Origin: Cyanobacteria bacterium P01_A01_bin.123
Lineage (GTDB): Bacteria > Cyanobacteriota > Cyanobacteriia > Phormidesmidales > Phormidesmidaceae
Direction: 5' to 3'
DNA: 64,000 bases
Assembly (NCBI GenBank): GCA_039815185.1
Contig: JBCBZT010000028.1
Coordinates: forward strand, 39,650 to 103,649
The translations under genes were made by a program, and so were the position numbers. Each line of letters begins with the position of its first letter. Positions within the stretch are counted from its first letter, which is position 1. Below the pieces are notes generated by a model. That model was given only the letters and a program-made list of their open reading frames with translations, made no database searches and had not been told where the DNA came from. This document shows, in pieces, positions 29,462 to 37,987 of the stretch.

Positions 29462-29725
29462 AAGCAAAAAAGTACCCACTGCAGCAATGGGCAGGCAAGT
29501 TGGAGATGTTGTTTCAAATGGGTTGCTTTAGGCATCGCAGGGATAAAACTGAGCCGCCGATGATGGCTCGTCTAACGACAATCGCAACCCATCATTGATT
29601 CCAAATTCATGTCGTTAGGTATAACAACCTAAGTTCCAACATTTCAATGCCGTTTGATACGGTTTAATTGTTTTTTAATGTCCACTAAAAAGACGTTCAA
29701 CATGAACCATGCGGCGATGCTTTTT

Positions 29726-29739
29726 GTGACTCAAACTAC
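29726..29739. promoter_or_regulatory. near-consensus NtcA site (GTG-N8-TAC)
   Basis: GTGACTCAAACTAC in the cnfR upstream region, flanked by a T-run. Confidence 0.45.
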
Positions 29740-29893
29740 GGTTTTCCCAGCGCAAAAATAATAAGCCTCTGACATCGTGTCGATGCCTTTGTAAACAATG
29801 AAGAGAATCTATTTTTATTTATATTTCGTTACTTGACCCCCTGACGCGGGAGTGGAATTTTCTCTCTGGGATTTAGACATCAAGTGATATTTT

Positions 29894-29907
29894 GTAGCAA
29901 ATAATAC
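29894..29907. promoter_or_regulatory. consensus NtcA site (GTA-N8-TAC)
   Basis: GTAGCAAATAATAC between divergent cnfR and the accessory cluster. Confidence 0.6.
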
Positions 29908-30036
29908 GGAATATTCGTTAAAAATCTCGCCTAATAAGTCAAGGAGAGTGTGCAAGTTAAAACGTTTGGTGCGATCGCTTATTGAGATCGCAGCAGTTTT
30001 AGCTTAAGGGTCCTCGCTACAACCCCAGCACTAGCC

Positions 30037-30531
30037 ATGTCTCAAAGTTTTACGCTATCCAAAGCTCCCCCTTGGTGTTCTGCAACCGCTTCCAGTCAAG
30101 AACTGCTGGCAGCTGTAGCCCAGACCTGGGAAGATACGCCAACCTCCGAACATTACCTCCAGCAAGCTCTAGCCCAACCGCAGGTCGAACTCGATGTGCT
30201 GATTGGTGCCTATCGCTATTACTTTTATAAAAACCGCGATGCCATGGCCTTGCAAATGGCGATGCTGGTGCTTGATCGCATCCAGCGCGTTGAACAATGG
30301 CCAACGGCTTGGGATGACTTGAAACCCATCCTGCTGGAACGGATTGATGATTCGAATGCCCGACTTTACCTGAATGCTTATGCCGCGTCTGGGTTGTTAC
30401 TCGCCCGCTTAGGGAGTCTCGAAGAAGCCCAATCGGTCGCCGATCAGGTGCAGCAGATCGAGGCTAAAGAATTTGGTGCTGAGGTGCTGCACTCGATTCT
30501 CAATCCAACCCCCGAAGAGGAGGAGGACTAA
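30037..30531 (+). CDS. hypothetical helical (TPR-like) protein, nif-adjacent
   Basis: 164-aa ORF with AYRYYFYK and YLNAYAASGL; 3 bp upstream of the ArsC-like gene. Confidence 0.7.
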   Translation: MSQSFTLSKAPPWCSATASSQELLAAVAQTWEDTPTSEHYLQQALAQPQVELDVLIGAYRYYFYKNRDAMALQMAMLVLDRIQRVEQWPTAWDDLKPILLERIDDSNARLYLNAYAASGLLLARLGSLEEAQSVADQVQQIEAKEFGAEVLHSILNPTPEEEED

Positions 30532-30534
30532 GCG

Positions 30535-30942
30535 ATGGCAACGGTAGATTTTTACGAAAAACCGGGCTGCGTCGGTAACGCGAAACAAAAGCGACTCTTG
30601 CAGCAGGCGGGGCATGTTTTAAGGGTGCATAACCTATTGACGGAGCCCTGGACACCCGCACGATTGCGGCCTTTCTTTGGCGATCGCCCCGTGGCGGGTT
30701 GGTTCAACCCCACCGCACCGCCGATCACCGCTGGAGCCGTGAATCCTGAACAGGTCAATGCCGATACGGCTCTGGCGCTGATGGTAAAGCAGCCGATTTT
30801 GATTCGACGGCCGTTGATGCAAGTGGGCGATCGCTGCATTGCCGGATTCGATTCAGCCGCAGTTGATGCCTGGATTGGTCTGGCTCAGGGCATTGATTTG
30901 AGTCGGGATGTGCAATCTTGTCCCCAAACTGTTGCCAGCTAG
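30535..30942 (+). CDS. nitrogenase-associated ArsC/Spx family protein (NifO/DraB-like)
   Basis: FYEKPGCVGNAKQK, LRPFFG, WFN..AP, PILIRRPL, GFD. Confidence 0.88.
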   Translation: MATVDFYEKPGCVGNAKQKRLLQQAGHVLRVHNLLTEPWTPARLRPFFGDRPVAGWFNPTAPPITAGAVNPEQVNADTALALMVKQPILIRRPLMQVGDRCIAGFDSAAVDAWIGLAQGIDLSRDVQSCPQTVAS

Positions 30943-31011
30943 CCCGATTGCCGCCAACCTCGCTGGCCCACCACTCATTGCAACTTTGAAGTCGGAAGGA
31001 GCATTTTGACG

Positions 31012-31329
31012 ATGATGACTTTGCCAATTACGGATGCTAAAACTTCAGCCCTCGATTTTTTAATGGAAGATTTGGAAATTCCGGAAGTTGACCAAGACTT
31101 CTTCTGTGTGATTTCCACCCGAGAAACGGGTAGTGACTGGTATGTCGTAGAGGTTGGGGTTGAGGGCCTGCCCGACAAATGGGCGCTGCAAGTCTTTGAT
31201 ACAGGCCAGTGCGACCCCTGCTACACGTTCGTTTCCCCCATGCCTGCCGGGGAAGATGCCGATCTTGAAGAGTTTCCAACCCGCATTGCTGAAGTAATCG
31301 CAGCAGAGCGTGCAGGCAACATGATTTGA
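31012..31329 (+). CDS. acidic hypothetical protein
   Basis: RBS GGAGC; WYVVEVGVEGLPDKW and CDPC motifs. Confidence 0.7.
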   Translation: MMTLPITDAKTSALDFLMEDLEIPEVDQDFFCVISTRETGSDWYVVEVGVEGLPDKWALQVFDTGQCDPCYTFVSPMPAGEDADLEEFPTRIAEVIAAERAGNMI

Positions 31330-31355
31330 GCTAATCCCCTTTCTAAACCATCACG

Positions 31356-31745
31356 ATGACACCGCCTTTTTTACCCCCTGAAGCCTTACCCCCCGAAGAT
31401 TTGCCCCCCAAAGTCACAACCGATTGGGATGCTGGGTTGCGACGGCAGCTAGAACTGTCTACGAGCAAGCATTTCTTTGAATCTTGCAATGGCCTGATCC
31501 AATCTCTGTTGCTGGAGTGTCGGTGGACAATTAGCACTGCAGAGGTGCTGCTGTTAGTGATTCACTGCCCTGACTCGCTCACGAACTGGCGGGTGTTGAA
31601 CCATATGGCGGCGATCGCTCATCCCCTAGCCGAGTTCAGCCCCCACGCCAAAATTAGGGTCTATCCCCCATCGGGGGAAGGCGCGCCATTCGATATGCGG
31701 GTGGACGAGCGATCGGAGTATCGCGATCGAATTTCTGATTGGTAA
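31356..31745 (+). CDS. hypothetical protein
   Basis: 129-aa ORF co-oriented in the cluster. Confidence 0.65.
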   Translation: MTPPFLPPEALPPEDLPPKVTTDWDAGLRRQLELSTSKHFFESCNGLIQSLLLECRWTISTAEVLLLVIHCPDSLTNWRVLNHMAAIAHPLAEFSPHAKIRVYPPSGEGAPFDMRVDERSEYRDRISDW

Positions 31746-31883
31746 GTGTCAGGCATTTAACGATTCCTCCTCCAGACTCACCCTCAACCGTTGTCCATGG
31801 AGGAGAACCCCTCAATCCGGGCTATTTCATATCCATCAACGACTTGCAGATCGCGACCCAAAAATCCAATTCAGGAGTAAATC

Positions 31884-32618
31884 ATGACCAACCAACCCAT
31901 TTCCGATGAAGTCGCTTTGAGAATTGCCCTAGCTGCTCAGACGTTACCTGACGTATCCGTTAGAGATTTAATTGAAGCTTTGCAAACCAATCTCGACGAC
32001 GAGATTACAGAAGAATCTCTGAGTAAGCTGACGGTTACCCAATTAAAACGCGCCTTTGGCAACATTTACGAAGTGGATGATAGTGAATGGGAAGGCGAAG
32101 ATGCTAATAACCAAGATATAGCCGCCTTTAAAGACGCAGTCCGAATCTTGTGGGGAGAACAAAGTGAGTGTGAACACCCCTTACCGATCGAACCCTATGA
32201 AGACGGCGATATGCCTAACTCAATTAGGATCGCGGTCGCTTCCAACACTGAAGAGCAATTAGACGGACACTTTGGGTCTTGCCATCGCTATTTGATTTAT
32301 CAACTCTCTACAGATGTGATCAAGCTCATCGGTGTTCGTTCCGCTTTAGAAGCCGACCTAAGCGACAACAAAAACGAATTTCGAGTCAATTTGATTAAAG
32401 ATTGCCCAGTGCTCTATGTGGTTTCCATTGGGGGCCCTGCTGCGGCAAAAGTGATCCAAGCCAACATCTATCCTATGAAAATAGAAGACGGGGGAGAAAT
32501 TAGAGAAATACTGGCAGATTTACAACGGGCGATCGCCACGTCTCCACCACCTTGGTTAGCCAAGATTTTAGGCATTGGAGCAGATAAACGGGTGAGGAAT
32601 TATAGCGCGGCTAATTAA
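31884..32618 (+). CDS. NafY/NifY-like dinitrogenase FeMo-cofactor carrier (N-terminal domain plus NifX/NifB domain)
   Basis: ISDEVALRIALAA N-terminus; IRIAVASN...LDGHFGSC, SIGGPAAAKVI..IYP, PPPWLAK; RBS AGGAG. Confidence 0.85.
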   Translation: MTNQPISDEVALRIALAAQTLPDVSVRDLIEALQTNLDDEITEESLSKLTVTQLKRAFGNIYEVDDSEWEGEDANNQDIAAFKDAVRILWGEQSECEHPLPIEPYEDGDMPNSIRIAVASNTEEQLDGHFGSCHRYLIYQLSTDVIKLIGVRSALEADLSDNKNEFRVNLIKDCPVLYVVSIGGPAAAKVIQANIYPMKIEDGGEIREILADLQRAIATSPPPWLAKILGIGADKRVRNYSAAN

Positions 32619-32638
32619 ATCAACAGCGAAGAACAATC

Positions 32639-32983
32639 ATGAGCATCAATCAAAAGCAAGAACGAGTTCGGGAAATTCAACAGATAACTGGACTAAGACC
32701 CACCCATTTTGCCGATCTGATTCGAGTGGCACAACTGATTTACGATCCCAGGGGTGGGGTGTCGAGTAGAGTCGTCAGGGTTAACTGGCTAGATTTTGAT
32801 ATTCCTAGAGGGGTTGTTAAAAATCTGCGATTGCTTGGCCAAAAATATCAGTATGAATCCCCCCATGTCGATCTTGATCTGGTTTGGGATGAATTAACAC
32901 CAGAAACTCGTAGTTGGTTTATCGCTAACAAAAGTGTTCTATGGGAAATTGAAGAGTCTTTCCCTGCGTTGGATGAAGATTGA
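32639..32983 (+). CDS. hypothetical protein
   Basis: 114-aa ORF, 20 bp after the previous gene. Confidence 0.7.
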   Translation: MSINQKQERVREIQQITGLRPTHFADLIRVAQLIYDPRGGVSSRVVRVNWLDFDIPRGVVKNLRLLGQKYQYESPHVDLDLVWDELTPETRSWFIANKSVLWEIEESFPALDED

Positions 32984-33055
32984 ATCGAGTTTTAGGGGTT
33001 AGCAGGCATTGAATCGCAGATCTCATCGGAACAGCCAAAAACAAAGGACGACATC

Positions 33056-33697
33056 ATGCAATTTCTAGCAACACTCAGTAAGTTTGAACAGTGCGTCTTC
33101 AATATGGCGCTAATTAATATCTGCGATAGCGAGAGTTACGTGGGTCAAGAGATGCGCCAAAAATATAATGCTTGGAAAGCATTAACGGATGAGACTGTTC
33201 ATAATCCTTGGCTTGATATCCATCAGTTTACGATCTATCTGCCCCATCCCGACCAAGCGTATGAAGATGTCACGTTAGAGGAAGGACTGACCAAAGGCTA
33301 CAACGTTGAAGTTGACCCCGTTAAAGACCCCAGTGAATTGATTTACAACGTTCCCAGAGGAGGGCATTTTGTAGCTGTTCTTAAACAAAGACAAGTGAAT
33401 GGAGACTTTGCGATCGCGGCTACAGGTATTTTTGTTCGCTCGTTAGGTATTCTCAGCTTGGATGTCATTGTCGCCATGGACAAAGAGGAATATCAATCAC
33501 TGGTGGTCAAACATCCGATCATTAGAGATTATCCCCAAGACTGGGAAAGCAAATTAAGACTGTTTTTGAAAGGGGAAATTAGCGGGGAAGCCCTACCCCG
33601 TGTGGTGGGATATGTTGATCGCGGCTTGAATCAAGATTACAGACCCCCTGCTTGGGGTGAGGTTTACTTAGCAGCCAGTGACTTTGTAGGCTTTTAA
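33056..33697 (+). CDS. hypothetical protein
   Basis: 213-aa ORF with RBS AAGGA; no family recognised. Confidence 0.75.
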   Translation: MQFLATLSKFEQCVFNMALINICDSESYVGQEMRQKYNAWKALTDETVHNPWLDIHQFTIYLPHPDQAYEDVTLEEGLTKGYNVEVDPVKDPSELIYNVPRGGHFVAVLKQRQVNGDFAIAATGIFVRSLGILSLDVIVAMDKEEYQSLVVKHPIIRDYPQDWESKLRLFLKGEISGEALPRVVGYVDRGLNQDYRPPAWGEVYLAASDFVGF

Positions 33698-33753
33698 GTC
33701 GTGATCGAAGCTGCTCCTCATTCACTATTTTGACAACACCTGAGGATTATTCT

Positions 33754-34035
33754 ATGAAGCTTGAATCTATCAGCCAGGAATCCCTGATTGATACCGATAG
33801 GGTGCTCACTAGAGTCGTGGTCACCGGAGTGGTCAGCAATTGTATTCTTGCCAGACAGATGATTAACGTGCTGGGGCGACCCGGTGTAAACAGTGATATG
33901 GAAATGATTGGGACAAACGACACCTGGACGATTGTTTGGACTGAGCCACAACTGACGCTTGAGGAAGCTACGCATCTGATGAATCAGGCGATCGCCCCCC
34001 GATTGGCATCAACGGCAATCGGCACTCAATCCTGA
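33754..34035 (+). CDS. hypothetical protein
   Basis: ATG after GAGGA; 93 aa. Confidence 0.65.
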   Translation: MKLESISQESLIDTDRVLTRVVVTGVVSNCILARQMINVLGRPGVNSDMEMIGTNDTWTIVWTEPQLTLEEATHLMNQAIAPRLASTAIGTQS

Positions 34036-34156
34036 GCAAAGTGACTGAGCTGAGTGGAACGATAGCCGCTTTAAAGCTGTTGACGATCTCCGCTAGTGGG
34101 CAACAGTTTCAACAGTTCTAAACTGCGTCCACATCCAGATCCATAGTTTTTCCTTT

Positions 34157-34183
34157 GCAGGGGCGAGAGGCCCTCGCCTCCAC
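34157..34183. repeat. REP-like GC-rich hairpin between convergent genes
   Basis: GCAGGGGCGAG-AGGCC-CTCGCCTCCAC. Confidence 0.45.
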
Positions 34184-34216
34184 TCCAGGTTTCAAATCGG
34201 GTGTGATTTATGTCAC

Positions 34217-34513
34217 TTAGAGATAGTTGTCGAGTTCAACTTCAATCGTGCAGTCAGAGGTTGGTTTCGCGATGCAAGTCAGGACATCACCTGAGGCCAT
34301 CTGATCTTCATTTAAGAAAATTTGTTCAGATTGATCTACCGTTCCCGTAATTAGTTTTCCTTGGCAGGTGGCACAAGCCCCGACAGCACACTCAAAAGGA
34401 ATTTTGATCCCATATTCGAAAGCTTCTTCTAGAATCGATTCACTAGCTGGGATTTCGATTGTTTGTTCAAAATTCTTGCTTTTATTAACCAGAGTAACGC
34501 TGTAGCTCTGCAT
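34217..34513 (-). CDS. plant-type 2Fe-2S ferredoxin
   Basis: PFECAVGACATC...VDQSEQ.FL...LTCIAKPTSDC. Confidence 0.92.
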   Translation of the reverse strand: MQSYSVTLVNKSKNFEQTIEIPASESILEEAFEYGIKIPFECAVGACATCQGKLITGTVDQSEQIFLNEDQMASGDVLTCIAKPTSDCTIEVELDNYL

Positions 34514-34674
34514 AGAAAATGTCTCCAAATCTTCTTCTATGGTTCCGCATAAACAAGAAGATTGCCGTATCAATCAATACGATAAAAATGGCTGTTTGGC
34601 TTTCTTTTTGTTGACTAAAACTATAATTTTTCTCGACCAAGACTCACTTAATCATTCAAAGGAGGATTAGCGCA

Positions 34675-35136
34675 ATGACACTTGCCAGTAACGCTTTAAG
34701 TCAAGAATTAAACACGTGGCTACAAGAGAATGGCTATAGTCGTGAAAACTTAAATCAACCAGGAGAGAATAGTGATTCTGCGTTGATGAAAATTACCCGA
34801 GACGGGAACTTAGCCTGGATTAAAGAATTGCTTAGGGCAGGGGTAGACGTTAATCTTAAAAATAACGATGGCAACAATGCACTTTGGTTCGCTTGCTTTG
34901 GGAACTTCTACGAAGCGATCGATTTATTGATTGCTGCGAACATTGATATTGACAATCAAAATGGGAATGGTGCAACAGCGCTGATGTATGCCGCCTCATC
35001 TGGGAAGTTAGAAGTATTACAGCAATTATTAAAATACGGGGCAAATACGGAACTCCAGAATTTAGATGACTTTAAAGCCATTGATTTTTCCAGCACTCAA
35101 GCAGTATGGAGAGTTTTGAAAAATGCCGCTCAGTAA
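34675..35136 (+). CDS. ankyrin repeat protein
   Basis: DGNNALWFAC, NGATALMYAASSG repeats; RBS AGGAGG. Confidence 0.9.
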   Translation: MTLASNALSQELNTWLQENGYSRENLNQPGENSDSALMKITRDGNLAWIKELLRAGVDVNLKNNDGNNALWFACFGNFYEAIDLLIAANIDIDNQNGNGATALMYAASSGKLEVLQQLLKYGANTELQNLDDFKAIDFSSTQAVWRVLKNAAQ

Positions 35137-36409
35137 ATCAAGGCTGAAATCATATCATGAGCTAACTGATCACTCCTATCAATCCGTCAAAATCAATCCA
35201 AACTATGTCGATTCGTCAACGCAACCCTCAGCCTATAAAACATATCCCAACTTTTATAGAAGATATCCCCTATTGGAGGGCAATGTCACCCATGAATTGA
35301 TCAAATTAACAAGCGCGATTACCTTAGAAAAGCAATATCGTCATTATAAGTCTCAATTACGGGTGAATCCTTCTGCGGGTGGGCTGTATCCGACGGAGCT
35401 CTATGTCCAAATTCGCGGCGTGGACGGGATCATCAATGGACTATATCACTTAGAAATTTCGAATAGCGTTCTAACGCTGATTTATGAATTAATCGATGAT
35501 GGTTTGGAAGCTTATATTTGTCCAGGAAAGACCATCCGGGGGTTAATTTTTCTGATGAGCTGCGTCTATTTTAGATCCAGTTGGAAATATGAGGCGCGCA
35601 GTTTGAGGTACTGCTTCCTTGATAGCGGGCACCACTTAGGGGCCATTGAAGCGGCTGCCTATGGATTTAATCGTCAAGCTGAATTTATTTTTGATTTTAA
35701 TAAGACTGGGCTCAACGAAATTTTAGGATTTGAAAATAAGGAATTTGTGACTGCGAGTGCAATTCTAGGCGTTTGTGAGGATCAGCCTAGACGAAAGTTT
35801 AGGTTGAAAGTCCCTTTTGTGTGCGGAACAGATTATTTTGAATCCAATACATTTATTGAAAAAGGATATCAGAATACGATTGGCCCTGAAAGTGATCGCC
35901 AACGGCTAAATTATCCTCAATGGCGTTACGATCGCCAAAAATTCTTAAAAACTATATCGCAGCGACGATCGGCGCGATGTTTTAGAAAGGGATCGATTTC
36001 TCAACAAGAATTCAGAGAAATCTTTGAAGAGGTAACGCAACCTATACCGACCGAAAGTAGAGAAGTAATCGAGTTCTACTTTATTGTTTTGAGGGTCGCC
36101 GGTATGGAACCTGGGGTCTATCGCAGTATGGAGCTGATTAAAGCTGGCGAATTTGCTGAAAAGTCAGCTTACTTGTGTGTCGATCAACGAATTGCTAGCG
36201 ATAATGCCGTCACACTATTCTTAGTTGCCCATTCCCAGAATTATCAAGCCGCAACACAATTTGCTGGGTTGCTCGGACAAAGAGTTTATTTGGCTAGCAA
36301 TTATCGCGGAATTGACTGCACGGGAATTGGTGCGTATTACGATGGAGAAACTAAGGCATTTTTGGGAACTGAAAAAGATATCCTTTATGCTTTAGCAATC
36401 GGAAGATAA
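35123..36409 (+). CDS. SagB/ThcOx-type two-domain nitroreductase
   Basis: YHELT, LRVNPSAGGLYPTE, WKY..RSLRYCFLDSGH, RRSAR.F, GIGAYYD; 14-bp overlap with the ankyrin gene. Confidence 0.88.
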   Translation: MPLSKSRLKSYHELTDHSYQSVKINPNYVDSSTQPSAYKTYPNFYRRYPLLEGNVTHELIKLTSAITLEKQYRHYKSQLRVNPSAGGLYPTELYVQIRGVDGIINGLYHLEISNSVLTLIYELIDDGLEAYICPGKTIRGLIFLMSCVYFRSSWKYEARSLRYCFLDSGHHLGAIEAAAYGFNRQAEFIFDFNKTGLNEILGFENKEFVTASAILGVCEDQPRRKFRLKVPFVCGTDYFESNTFIEKGYQNTIGPESDRQRLNYPQWRYDRQKFLKTISQRRSARCFRKGSISQQEFREIFEEVTQPIPTESREVIEFYFIVLRVAGMEPGVYRSMELIKAGEFAEKSAYLCVDQRIASDNAVTLFLVAHSQNYQAATQFAGLLGQRVYLASNYRGIDCTGIGAYYDGETKAFLGTEKDILYALAIGR

Positions 36410-36532
36410 ACAAACAAAGATCTACTTCAATTTTTCAGGTTAAGATGATGAACTCAGGCGATATCACTTGATTTGCAACAACTATCGGTTGTGGCGTTTG
36501 GTTGGGTGACCTATTTACTTGGGTTGTTTTTA

Positions 36533-36913
36533 ATGAGCAAACATTCCGAATCACAAATTCTTGAGCTAGAGGAACGACTGAGGCGAGCGATGTTGACCTC
36601 TGATGTTGCTGAGCTAGATGCACTCATTGCACCAGAGCTACTGTTTACAAACTATCTTGGCCAACTTGTTAGTAAGCAACAGGATCTGGATATGCACCGT
36701 TCTGGCATGCTGAAGCTGACAACGCTGACACCCTCAGATCAGCGCATTCAGCTCAACACAGGTTTTTCAATTGTTTCAGTTCAAATGCACCTGTTGGGCG
36801 GCTATAGCAGCACAGCAATTGATCAGCATATGCGCTTTACTCGTGCATGGTCGGTCTCTTCTATAGGTTCCCTGCAAATTGTTGCGGGTCATGCGAGTGT
36901 TGTTGCAACCTAG
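36533..36913 (+). CDS. DUF4440 / NTF2-like protein
   Basis: LEERLRRAMLTSDVAELDALI...SKQQDL...RFTRAW...QIVAGHAS. Confidence 0.8.
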   Translation: MSKHSESQILELEERLRRAMLTSDVAELDALIAPELLFTNYLGQLVSKQQDLDMHRSGMLKLTTLTPSDQRIQLNTGFSIVSVQMHLLGGYSSTAIDQHMRFTRAWSVSSIGSLQIVAGHASVVAT

Positions 36914-37044
36914 ATCTCAGAACTGTCATGCCATTGAAGTTTGTGCCGTTAGCATTCCAACGATCGCGCTTGGATTTATAAACAGAAAAATAAGGGAATA
37001 CCGTATTTATCGCAGAGCTTGGCGATACTCAGCACTGTATTCAT

Positions 37045-37545
37045 TTAATTCCAACCATAAACCCGCAGATTGTTGAAATTAACCGTATCAACATTTCGAC
37101 GTTGTAGATAGGTCGCTAGCTTAAGATCATCTGTTAAGACAAGGTACCTATCCATTGCCAACTCTAGAATGCCACAATCCGTTAGTCCAAATTCAGTAAA
37201 CCCATCATTCTTGGAAATGACGTTGCTTTGAATATACTTCTCATCAAACAGGGACAGATTTCTAGCGTAAACTGCAAAGCATTGTGAACGTTCTGGCTCA
37301 CCTAACTGGTTCGCCAAACTATTCACCTCAGTCAAAATATTAGGTGTGGTCACTCGATTCGAAAAATATGCCAAGATGTCACACAATAAATTGTAATCTT
37401 CAGGGACAAAGCTAGCTGTTCGCTTGAACCGAGCTATCCGATCCTGATTCACGGTGCCAACAAAGTATAGGAGTAGGATATTCGTATCAATTAAGATTCC
37501 TTTCTGGCGATACTTGTTGAAGAGAGCTTTAACGAAATCTGTCAT
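37045..37545 (-). CDS. PIN domain protein
   Basis: ILIDTNILL, TPNILTEV, GLTD, LTDD.KL acidic tetrad. Confidence 0.85.
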   Translation of the reverse strand: MTDFVKALFNKYRQKGILIDTNILLLYFVGTVNQDRIARFKRTASFVPEDYNLLCDILAYFSNRVTTPNILTEVNSLANQLGEPERSQCFAVYARNLSLFDEKYIQSNVISKNDGFTEFGLTDCGILELAMDRYLVLTDDLKLATYLQRRNVDTVNFNNLRVYGWN

Positions 37546-37865
37546 ACCCGTCGGATCTTCATTGACTCAACCACTCCTGTTGATGCATTTACCGTGAAGA
37601 GTTTGTATTCTCGCTGGAACTTGTGGGGCTCCTTAAGGGGATTAACAACCATTATCTCTTCAAGAGCAGTCTTCCGCTGAATCACTGGTACGTCATACCC
37701 TAAGGTGATTAACCATGCGTTCTTGTCCTCGGATAATTCAACCTCTTCGAGTCTTAACTCATCCAGTTTACGCCCCATCAAATCCTGCATTGATTGGATG
37801 TATTGATAGGCAGATTTCACAGCCATCTTAACGTCATGAACGTTTTGCAGGGTTTCATCTGACAT
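37542..37865 (-). CDS. hypothetical protein coupled to the PIN gene
   Basis: LRLEEVELSED..AWLITLGY...REYK...SMKIR; ATGA overlap with the PIN gene. Confidence 0.75.
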   Translation of the reverse strand: MSDETLQNVHDVKMAVKSAYQYIQSMQDLMGRKLDELRLEEVELSEDKNAWLITLGYDVPVIQRKTALEEIMVVNPLKEPHKFQREYKLFTVNASTGVVESMKIRRV

Positions 37866-37987
37866 GGTCTGATTCGAATATTTCGGCTAGATTCTATGTC
37901 TAGTATAGGACGCTTGATCTGTGGCATCCTTTGAATCAATTGTCCTAAACAGAGGAAACTGGCACCCTTAAAATGCGGGTTTGCCAG

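Noticed and set aside
35123..36409. Possible azole-peptide (RiPP) cluster from the SagB-type enzyme
   Set aside because: No YcaO cyclodehydratase, precursor peptide or exporter nearby
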